Part shown: piece after piece, positions 13,606 through 33,823 of the stretch
Layout: each line of letters begins with the position of its first letter
How positions within the stretch are numbered: position 1 is the stretch's first letter
Source: Auanema rhodensis
Taxonomy: Eukaryota > Animalia > Nematoda
Reading direction: 5' to 3'
Assembly: GCA_964057225.1 (NCBI GenBank)
Contig: OZ059900.1
Coordinates: 7,006,001-7,070,000, forward strand
Length of the DNA stretch: 64,000 nt
Position numbers and translations under genes: made by a program
The notes under the pieces: generated by a model
What the model was told of the DNA's origin: nothing
The model's input: only the letters and a program-made list of their open reading frames with translations
Database searches by the model: none

Positions 13606-15111
13606 AATTCTCACACTTTCTCTCTTTTTCGCTCAATGTCTTATAGCCTTATGTGTCTGCTTCTCTCTATCATCTCTCTTTTCTTTTCATATTCGCACTT
13701 TTCTTTTTTCTCTCTTTCAAATTTATTTTTCCCTCCCTGTCATTCATGTTTGGTAGAAGAGCAGTCGATTCATATCGCAAACCAATTTATCGCTTGTGTC
13801 ATCTCTTAACGATATGGCCGAGCGAAAAAAAAAGAATTTTTGGCCTGAAGTCATCCCTTACCCCTCCCGTTCATAAGAGCAAAATAGAAAGTCTAACAAT
13901 ATTGAAACGTAGCACCTTCTTCACTCTTACAAAAACTATTTTTCATAGTCATTTAATATCTTTTTTAATTTTTGTCTCCTCACTTCTATTTATGTCTTTT
14001 TTGTCGGCCCGCGCCTTCAAAACCATCACGACCACCGTTGCACACCGTCACCACAAGACTATCCCTACAACGACAGCTTGATGACGACAATCCTAACTAA
14101 CAAAAACGAATGTGATGATTGTACATGACTATAGTTGGGTATGCTGCTGCTTGCTGCTATTGTATCGATAGTTTCATAGCAGAATTTATATTTGTACATC
14201 AATATTCTAAGCTAATTTTACTGATCATTCAGTTTTTTTAATTGTATTTATTGTTAACAATATTAGCATAATATTGTTTGGCAAATTATTAACTTAAACT
14301 TTGCGCATCAGGTGAGAATTGTATTCAAATAATATTTAAAATAATGGTATATACATTTTTCTTAATTATTATATTATCATTCTTTCTAAACGTCGCGTGC
14401 ATGGTTCATTTTTCATTTCCTCGTTGTGAACCATGTTTCCACTATCGCATTCTATATCATCATTTTGACATGATTAGGCTGTATTACCGATACAGCAGCA
14501 TCATCACTGTGTGCTTCGAGCTTCAAATTTCTTATTTTATAGTCAAACATTTTGTCTTTAATTTTTCATTATTTCACTTGATTTCGCTCATCGTTTCTTC
14601 AACTTCCTACATTAAACACCTGCACTTTAACCCTAACTCTTCTACTTCCACCTCTAACTTTTTTCCACATACACATATACGAATCACCCTCTGTGTCTCC
14701 TGTGTATGTACGTGTGTCTACCCTGATCGGGCACTTTCAGCTAGCTCTGGCTCGTCAGCAACTACCCTTTGCCAATCATACAGGAACTTTAACAGACCTT
14801 GCTTCTTATGTACGCTGTTTAACGTTTTTTTTTATTTTTAAACCTTCACATGCAATGTCTCGCGCGCGTATTATTTTTGTCGTCGTTTTGCTAATTAATA
14901 ATATTCTCATTTTATAAGTAATTTTTGTAGTTTGTTCTTCAATCTGTGTCCTCCAAAGAAGAAGAATTGTAATTCCATGAACAGTACAAGTCGTTCATGT
15001 TGAGGAGCAATAAAACGCACAATATTCATATACAATAACTTGAAGCAGTATTGCTTAAGTTATTTAAGCAATATATTCAAATTGACGTTCTTGCCCAAGG
15101 GCTGAAAGCCT

Positions 15112-24257
<9,146 letters not shown>

Positions 24258-25591
24258 GTTGAACAGTTTACTTAAATCAGGAGAATGCCATTCACTATAA
24301 CAAGGGCAACGAATATTTGTACAAAACGTGTATTATGAAAACAATCGGAAAATAACATAGCACGCTTATCTCAGAATCGTTTAGTCACCTTTGCCAATAA
24401 ATTGATTATATGTATTATAGCTTCATCGATATCAGCGCCATCTCGCCAGACCCTTCTAGCACACGTAACCCCTCCCCTTTTCTACCACTTGCACCTGCCT
24501 TATTCACTAATCTATATATACACTATCACGCCGATTAGTCCGGTCTATATGCATGAAATAAGAATATAATTATCGCATAATAGATAAATATGACTATGCT
24601 TTCCTGTGAGATTATGTATATGCTGGATCGGGATAGACCAATAATGCATTACCGCTCATACACCCCATAACGCATTAGCGCACACATCAAGCAGATTAAA
24701 ACAAATCCTGATCAGATTCACTTGTATTATATTTATACTATATGTTCATATATTAATATTTTGATTATAATTATATATATGAAAGTAGAAATTATGCAAA
24801 TTAGTTTATACATTCGTTATATTATTCTAATTATCATGTTCATTCCTTATTAGATACATGCTTAGTCGTTTAATTATGTGTATTGTTCGTATAGTATATA
24901 CGCATATTTTATATGTATTATTTTAATATTGATGTATAGTTATATATTAAGAAATCACGCGTATCTTGTCAAACCATAATCGATATAATGGTTTTATTTG
25001 TCAGGTGTTATCGATTTGATTTATCCACATCTCGCGGAATATGTCTTCGAACTTTAAGAATTTTGTTTTATTGAAACGTTATCATGAATCATTTTCATTA
25101 TTTCATTTGTTTCTTACACATTATTTAAGATATTACTCAAAAGCACAACAAAAGTTTGATCAACAACACAAAAAATTGAAATGTTTGATCTACAATTTCT
25201 GTCGATATTATTTTGAAAAACGTTCACACCAGCTTTTGAAAAAAAATTGAAATTCATTAAATTTTTATTGAGCTTCATCTCTGGGTCAAGTTCAGACTGA
25301 AAAATAAACTTCAATTAATAAAATAGGGTTGTAGAGGTTATTTGAATTTTGCGTTGCAGGCTTCAACTGAGAAATCATTTTAGCAACGATTCTTATATTT
25401 TTAGCTGTTTTTGCAAAAAACGCATGCCTACCCCTAGGATTCTGCTTGAAACCCCGATTTGATCTACCTTTTGTTAGTTTTTGCTATTTTTCCTTGTAAA
25501 ACAAGGTGTTTTCGGCTATTTTTTGCCAATATTGCACGATTTGATCTACCTCGCTCACCATCCAGACATTCCATCAGGAAAAATGTTGTCC

Positions 25592-25727
25592 AGGACGATC
25601 GAACCTCACTTTTTTTTGTAGGACGATCGAACTTCGAAATATTTTTGAGTAGGACGATCGAACTTCAAATTGGTTTATGAGCAGGACGATCGAACGTTGA
25701 AAAAACGTTTGGGCAGGACGATCGAAC
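25592..25727. repeat. Degenerate minisatellite: five exact copies of AGGACGATCGAAC separated by 15-19 nt variable AT-tract spacers
   Basis: Copies start at 25592, 25620, 25651, 25683 and 25715 (spacing 28, 31, 32, 32). Confidence 0.95.
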
Positions 25728-26017
25728 CCAGTGATCAATTGAAAAACAAATTGATCTTCAATAATTAATCGATAATGATTTTTTGATCGATAATTAGTGA
25801 TCTATTGACTTTTTTCGTTTCTAGCTAAACAATACTTATTGGATATTATCGATTATACTATTATTTATTGTCATGTTACTTATTGATTTGTTCTGCGTAT
25901 TTAAGAATCAATAAATCAAGATATTTATTTTCAAAAATGAAAACATAAAACAAATATTTTCACAAATATATACAATCAATCAATATAAAATAAATACATG
26001 TATCTAATTTATGATTA

Positions 26018-29016
26018 TCAACGAATTTGTTGTTCTGGATGATTATGTTGGCTTTGTTTTCGTTTCTCATCCTCAAAATTGAATAGTGATGTCAGAATTG
26101 TCAAAATGGAATTAGAATTCGCTTCCATTGCTGAGCACTCATTTCCGGATCTGAAAATAAAAAAGTTTTATCGTTTCAGATTATTGATTATTACCTGAAT
26201 AATCCAACACAACATCCTCTCCATAGTATATGAAACTCGCCATTATTAATTAAAAAGTTTGTACCAGAGGGACAAGTTTGGAAATTACATGGCCGCTTTT
26301 CTTCTTTCCTTCAAATTAATAGAAAAAAGAGTTATAATGTTATAAGTTATTGATTGTTCTACCTGCAGTTTTCTTTCTGGCATGTGCGTGTTCGCTTACG
26401 ATGACCACAACCACCACATTCTTGATTACATCCTCCTTCCCATTCAGTCCATTCACCGCATTCGCAATCTATAGATAATATTTCAATTGGTTCCGTGATT
26501 CTTGAAAGTATTAATTACCTTCAGATTTCAAAATGCCTGTTACCGAATTTGTATCTTCTGTTGTTAATAACGTGGGCAGAGTAGATGTCCTAAAACAAAA
26601 TAAAATAAAATTTGAAAATAAAATGAGAGATATTCACGTTGAAAATTCAGGAACTAGGCTTTTCGAAAGGAAATTCGCGACGGTAGTTGTTGGACGAGTG
26701 GTAGTAGTAATTGGACGAGTTGTAGTAGTAGTAGTCGTAGTAGATGTTGAAGTACTATACACTGTTGTTGGAGATGGTTGAGGAGTTGGTGGTATTGTTG
26801 GCAGCGTAAATATCTCTCTAGTTGTCGTTCTAGGTCTAGCTGTACGAACTCTCTGAGGCTTGATAGTTGATGAAATCCATGAAATGTGTGGAGTAGATGT
26901 TGTACTAAGTACACGTGGTCTGTATGTAGGTAGTGAAGATGAAGGTGAAGGTGTTGTAGTTCTAACAACTTTTGTTGTTATCTAAAAAATTCATTTAATT
27001 TCCATAGCTTATAGTATGATCATACATTTCCGTTATCAATATCTGACCAGAATCTGGCAGAGAATCCTTTTGAGTTGCCTCCAAAACCACGCAATATAAC
27101 AATCATTTCATTATTAAATGATATATACTTATCTTGAGGTGTTTTAGAACAACAAAATCTTGAATTATTCAATTAATTTCTAAATTTTGTAAAAAAATAA
27201 ACCTTGAACCCGTCAAACGCTTATCTTTATGATATTTTATCTCAACGTAAGATTTATCGCATGTGACATCGCAGCGAAAATCAAACGTGTCGACAAACTC
27301 CAGAAAGACTCTTCCACCTTCCGGAGCTTGAATCAACCATACACATTCTACGCCGCTAGGGTAGTATTCAGGATAATGAGGGCTTTGAACGTATTGGAAT
27401 CCTTTATCAGCCTACATTTCTAAGATAATTGGAACAAATTTCAAACAATATACCTGTATTATTCCTCCACATTGATAATTTGATGGCTTCACTCGCTCAC
27501 AAAATCTTCCCCACGTTCCATCAGGACACATACATTCAGAACAATTGTTTGGATTCACATAGCCATCGCGTTCACATTGAATAGGTGAGCAGTTCATAGT
27601 ACATCCATATGCAGCATTTATCTGAAAGAAATATGAGAAGCGTCAGATATTATAAACAGCTATACAGCTTGATAATCCAGAAAAGATGGTCCTTCACGCT
27701 GTCCTATAGTTGCCTGATGACTTTGTTCTAAGGTTCGTATAGTTGGTACATATGGATTTTCAGCAAATCCGTAAGGACCATAATGCATAACAGATCCTTA
27801 ATCATACATTTTGATTTAAAACAATAAAAAAATAGTGTTACCAGTATCATACGGTAATTGATATGTGTCTGCAACAGTTGAATGAACAGGTTGAAAATTA
27901 TTCCATCGTTTAACAGGTATGTTGTTAAAATTTACATTAATATATCTAAACTGAAAATTACAATTATTTAAAGTTTGCTGATATTGTAAACTATGTTATT
28001 ATTACCTGATCGGGACGAGCTTGCTCATGAAAACTGCCTAAGGCATGCCCGATTTCGTGACTAATTATACCAACTGTATCACAACCAGGAGTAGAAATAG
28101 ATATTCCTTGAGTTCCACCAACTTTTCCTACGTATGAAGAACAGCCTCCGCCATCAAAAAACTCTAATCGATCAACAAATGGCCCATTTTCTTCAAACCG
28201 TACACATGTATGCTGCTGCCAAAGCATCATCGCTTTTCTAGAAAAAAAAAACATTGGCAATGAAGAAAATTTATGGAACAGTCACCTTATTAGATCCCGA
28301 GTATTTAAAGGAATACTATCTGAAAAATCAAAACTAATTGGCTTGGAAGCTTCCCATATATGATAGATGGGACTGATACCAATCTTAAAACAAAACAAAA
28401 TGTAAAAAAAGTAAACTTCAATGAATATTATAATCAAACCTTTCGTTTTTTACGCTGATTGTTTTGAAACATTTGTCTGATTTCTTGAACCTGTTGAACA
28501 GATAAATCAACATCTCCTTGAAAATACTCATCCAGATTATTGATTGATAATTCATCCTATAAATTATTTATATGCAGGTGTATAAGATAAGCAAAAAATA
28601 TAAACTATGACCTCAATTCAATATACATCTGAAACATCACTTGAAAAATCAATTAAAGAAACAGGTTTACCAAAGAAATAACAAAAGGAGGAAATGGCCT
28701 TCAAGAATAATATGTTCTGATTTACCTTATTCAGTGATGCAGATGGTTCGCGCTCAATCCCATCAAATGCGTCAACGGCATCATTTTGAATTTGCGCGTA
28801 TTTTCTAAAATAATAAGCATAAACAATATAATATTAGTCTACCCGTTTTTGATCTACTTGTATCGACCAAATTAATAATACAACTCACATAGCTGCTTGA
28901 GCATTATACAAATCTTGAATAGATTTCAAGTCTGCTTTGCTGGCTTTCTCAACTCTACTAGCAGAAATAGTACAGAATATTGAAAATAATACTGAAGCGA
29001 ATAAATGAATTTTCAT
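26018..29016 (-). CDS. nas-37: Astacin metalloprotease: signal peptide, propeptide, astacin, EGF, CUB, Thr/Pro-rich linker, TSP1
   Basis: Signal MKIHLFASVLFSIFCTISA; propeptide YFQGDVDL; furin-type RKKRK; zinc motif HEIGHALGSFHEQARPDQ (His codons within 28027-28059); Met-turn GSVMHYG; EGF CERDGYVNPNNCSECMCPDG; CUB; TSP1 CGGCGHRKRTRTC; stop TGA at 26020-26018. GISISTPGCD.VGIISHEIGHALG matches my recollection of C. elegans NAS-37. Confidence 0.9.
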
Positions 29017-30949
29017 GTTTGATGATGTTGATGAATTATGGATAGAGATCAATTGAATAACATTCAGATGTATACGTAGGTATCAGGAAATGAATGAAGA
29101 GATAGTAGCGTAGTAGTTGCGCTTTTTATTATTTCAAAATATTTTGATAATGTAGCTTAGTAATAAAGCTAGAAAACGCAATGATATCCTATTCGGATTG
29201 CGTCTTTCCTTTTTCGCCAGCTAATGACAACACGCAAGCCACCACTGCTGACAAGGGGGATAGAGAGAAAAGATGAAATAGTTGAATTAGAAGAAGAGGG
29301 GAATGGGTAATGAAAGAAACCATGCTTTTCTACTCTTCCTTACAGAAGCAATGAAAAAGAACCAGAGAGATCCAAAAATGAGAAAGTGAAAGACAGAGAA
29401 TGACAGAGAATGAGAGAAGACTTGATATGATGATCACGGAAAAAGTCAAGGATAAATAGGATTAGTCATTCGTTGCCTTTTTCATAAATAGCCTCCTAGA
29501 CATCTTTTTCATTCTTCTATCTCTCCTTTTCACTTGAACAATAAGCAGGGACGAATCTTAACAAATGCAATTGTAAGGAAGGACATTTGACGGTAATTGC
29601 TTGTGGAATACCTTGAAAGGATATGACGTTCTCGTCTGATTTCGGCAATTTTTTGCAATTCTTGCAAATATGCTTTGGCAAACAGATCACTTTTTGCTTT
29701 TCTTTAAGTAGAAAGCAATAATATCACAAGATATTTATTGATCCCAACCTTTCCCCAACAAATATTAGAAAACATTATTGAGGTTAATGAATGAAAGAAG
29801 AAGTTTAGGTAGTACATAACTGTAGTACAAACTATATTATAAATTTTATTTTTCGAAAAACAATCTCAAATGCCTTTAATTTGACTTTAGAAAACAGTTT
29901 TGAATTTGATAAGTTGGATCAATTTAACTGAAGGAAGCCCAACAGGTTTCACATTTCATAGCTGTCAAATGATTGCTTAGATAAAGACGGATCAAAGAAA
30001 TCATTGTTCAGATTAGCTGGCTTTCAGTTCAATGTGATCGAATCCCTTAGCAGAAAAAAAAATTTCTAAGCAAGCCCATAAACATATCTCGTAATATCTG
30101 ATTTTTCAATACAAGTCTCTACTTGATTATTCAAAATTGATTATTTACCACATATTGTAAAGTTATGTTTTTGTTGTTAATGCCAGTTTTCAAACAATTT
30201 CAAGTTATTTGAAATGACGTCAGCTTAAACTAGCACATAATTTACACATTACGATGTGTCATGATTTCAATTTCCCTGCCTCTGTCTGTGCTAGCTTCTT
30301 CGTTTTTGCTGCTGTAATACATATATTGAATTCAAAACATTTTCACGTTTATGTGCTGTTCACGTCACGGTTTCAAGCTTCAAAAAGACATAAAATCTTC
30401 ACATTTTACCTTGATTACTCATCGTATACTTTCGAAAAAAAAATGCAATTTGATGTTAACAACAACTAATATATGAAAAAATTAAAAATATATAAAATAA
30501 CATTTATTACATAGAATATATTACAATAGAATTTTATTTTTTTCTTATTCCCTTCCCTATATCAGGTAGTATGTTAGAACAAAACAAACAAAATTTGTAG
30601 AAAACATTAAAATACATATTTGAGTTAAATTATTACGCATGAATGTATGTCTAATGACAAATCTACGGAATCAACCAATGTACCACGTCATAATGAGATA
30701 TCATATTAAACTTTAACTATGTATATAGATTATATTGTATATTTTGACTTATTATAAATCTCTCCGTATACATTCTACTAATTAATTAACTATACAAGTA
30801 GGTACATGCACACAAATATACATTTTATATATAATCTCACGACTGCCTCTCTAATATTCAAGCTAATCATGCATTTGAATATTTTTTATGTAAATATTAA
30901 ATAAAACGTTTCCATCAATATCCAAACCAATTGACCCGTTCTCATTGAT

Positions 30950-33823
30950 TTATTCTTTTCCTCCATTTCGTGAAGCAAATTCAAGCAGCTTGAAATAAAT
31001 AACATTCATAATTCATAACAATAATTAGATTGTACCTGCTCTTTCATCAATTTACGTAAATCAATAATGTCGTGCTCCAATTCTTCAATCATTTCCATTT
31101 TTTCGCCATCAATCTCAAGTAATTCGTTGTACTTCTGTGTCAAATCCTAAATAATTTTTATAAAAAGAAAGTAATACCAAATCATACCTTGAGCTCATTT
31201 CGATATTCCCTATTTTGTAATTCTAATGCCTCCACTCTTTTGTTTTCTTTTTCCAAATTACTAATAACTCTTAACGATGAGTCATATTTATTTGAAATTG
31301 TCACCAGCTCTTCCTAAAGAAAAAATCTTTTTTAAACTGTTTTATGAAACTAGTGTACCTGAGCAACGGTTCGATCGGCCGGACTCAAACTTCCAAAACT
31401 GACTTTAGGAAGTATAACGGAAGTAGAGGGCTGAGGATTCTCAACATTTTCTTCTGCAACTTCGCGCGTAGAGCGTAAATGTTTTAACTCTTCACTCAAA
31501 TTGTCGCGTTCATGTTTCTAAATTATTTTGTAAAACATAAAATCTGTCAAAAACTACCAATGCTGTAATTTTTCTGAAATTTTCATCCATTATTTCATTT
31601 ACTTTATCAACATGATCGTTAGATAACTTGCTCATTTTGTGTTTCATAGTACCCAGTTCACTCTTAATTGATTCATTTTCACTCTGCAATCTGAAAGATA
31701 GTAGTCATAGATAAAACTAAACTTTAAAATAATTACAATAAGATTTTCTCTTCCAAATTATTATTTTCGTGTCTCAAACGATTCAAATTGTTTCGTAAAC
31801 TGGTTGTTTCGGTTTTATACTGAAATTAATTCCATATAATTCTAGAAGAGATTCAATTAAACACCTTATTCTCAGATGTTATGAAAGTTTCTTTCGCTAC
31901 CGATAACTGCTTTGCGTATTCGCGTATTTTGGATTCCGCGGACAAAAGAGTCATACGTTCAGCATTAAGTTCAGATTTGAGTTCAGCAATTTCATCCAAT
32001 AGAGGAGCATTAGCTGCAACCATTAAAATAAGACAATAGGACAAAACGATTTTGAATTTACCTGAGCTTATAACATCAGCAATATTACTTGTTTGAAAAA
32101 TCCCAGAGCTCATTCTCTGTAATAAAATTAATTTTAAAATATGAAAAATTGCTACTACCTTCTCGGACTCTGCAACTTGAGACGTTAACCTTTGAATTTC
32201 TAGTCTAGCTTCTTGCAGTTCCAAGCTCATAGTCTGTTTAATTTCGACAGCCCTTTCCTCAGCTAATCGGTTGCCTATAGTGCTATTTTCAAGAATTTCC
32301 ATTTTTTGCAAAAGAGACTAAAATTGAAAATTGAAAGTGTATCTAGAAAAAACAACAAACATGATGTTCACGACGAAGCTTTTCCAATTCTTTTTCATTA
32401 GAATGGCTTTTTGCCTTTTCTTCCTCTATAGTCTGGAAAAATTCATTGTAATACGAGAAAACAAAGCCAAATTACCTCTGAATTCACAGCATTGAGATCT
32501 AGATCTTTCTTGAGTTTATCACATTCTAATTCTAATTGCGAAACAATTTCTAAATATTAATATAACATTTTTCTATATAAGAAATTAAAAATACCATCCA
32601 ATTCTTTTTTAGATTCTTCTAACTCGTCGATCTTCTCTTCTAAGCTTATTTTATCTTCTTTCAAACGTTTATTATCATTTTTTAATTTATTTAATTCTCC
32701 CATTTCATTTTTTAATCGCCGAATTTCTTTGGACTGCTTAGCCGAGTAATCGGACATTCTTTTAGCTAAACAGCAAATTTATCATATCTAATATTTGAAT
32801 ACAATACCTTCATCTAAAACTTCACTATGCTCTTTCTTTGAATTTCCTAGCTCTTTGCTCATTTGTGAAATTCTAAAATGAGGTCAAGTTTGCATTAATT
32901 ACAACTTCACGTACTGTTGCCCTAAAGATTCAATTTCGCTTTGAAGATGCGAATTTTGTTTATGAAGCGCTTCAGTGATGGTACTCATCTCATTTTGCTT
33001 TTGCTTATTTTTCTTCAATTCTGACTGTAATGATGATAGTGCATCAGTCTGAAATAAGGTTTACGAATGTATGTATAAGTTCAGTTTATCTTACCTTGTA
33101 CAAACTAGCATTCATTGGTTCTTCATTTGTCATTTTGCTACTTACAGACCTAAAATAAAAAAGAAAACATACAATTGTTTTTTAAAAATATTACCAAGCA
33201 TCTACTTGGCGAATAACTTCTATATCACTTGAAACAACTGTTAGATTTTCATCCCGATGTGAAGAACGACGTGATCCCATAGCTGAAAACAGTAAAATGA
33301 GGTTATTAAATAAAGGTTAAGCATACGTGGTAAAACTGGTTCTGTGCTAATTGGACTATTTTTCTCACTGTTACTCCTACTATCATCATCATTATCTAAT
33401 TCTTCAGCAAGCGATTCTGTATCGGTAATTTCTATTGAACGCTAAATCAAAAACGTTACAATGATTTGTGACATAATAGAATAAACCAAAAATGAGTTTA
33501 GCAATGAATGTTGAGTTGGTTCATCCGTTTCATTGCTCGGTAATTCGGTTTGAATCTTTAAAAAAGTTAAATAATGTTTACAAAATTATGCAAAATAAGT
33601 AAGACCTCTAATGGCATAGTTTCAGGAATAGACACGCTTGCATCCGTTTCATCAGTCGGTGTTGAACTCTATAAAATCATAAACTAAAAAATTTTATATT
33701 CTTTAAACCAACCGATTGTGCAACCGTTCCATCGGATTGAATGTCTAAAACACTATCTATTCTTTGCTGAGCATGCTGAAGTGCAGCTTTCGCCATTTCA
33801 TTGGCCCATGATAAATTAATCAT
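30950..33823 (-). CDS. TMF1: TATA element modulatory factor (TMF1/ARA160)-like Golgi coiled-coil golgin
   Basis: N-terminus MINLSWANEMAKAALQHAQQRIDSVLDIQ resembles the TMF1 N-terminal motif (SWF..AKQALSQAQKSIDRVLDIQ). Long E/K/L heptad exons (ORFs 31853-32311 and 32557-32757). C-terminus KYNELLEIDGEKMEMIEELEHDIIDLRKLMKEQ resembles the TMF C-terminal domain. Stop TAA at 30952-30950. Acceptor TTGCAG 2 nt before the ATG. Confidence 0.85.

Noticed and set aside
10110-14917. ORF-track ORFs of 60-165 aa in the cht-1 to kin-29 intergenic region
   Set aside because: F/L/S/I-rich translations of low-complexity CT- and AT-rich DNA with no domains or consistent splice structure.
25592-25727. CRISPR array (repeat-spacer appearance)
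   Set aside because: Eukaryotic intron-rich context, no cas genes, repeat only 13 bp, and spacers are 15-19 nt and resemble each other.
25592-25730. tRNA genes (GGTTCGATC on the minus strand resembles a T-loop)
   Set aside because: No A-box, acceptor stem or cloverleaf; only the B-box-like word repeats.
26533-26968. ORFs 26533-26781 (+) and 26654-26968 (-) as separate genes
   Set aside because: Antisense and alternate-frame shadows of the Thr/Pro-rich nas-37 linker exon.
29809-29831. miR-239-like sequence TTTGTACTACAGTTATGTACTAC on the minus strand
   Set aside because: No complementary arm nearby; explained by a short direct repeat GTAGTACA x2.
30215-30222. Full CRE palindrome TGACGTCA 1.2 kb upstream of nas-37
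   Set aside because: A single 8-mer without clustering can occur by chance in 64 kb.
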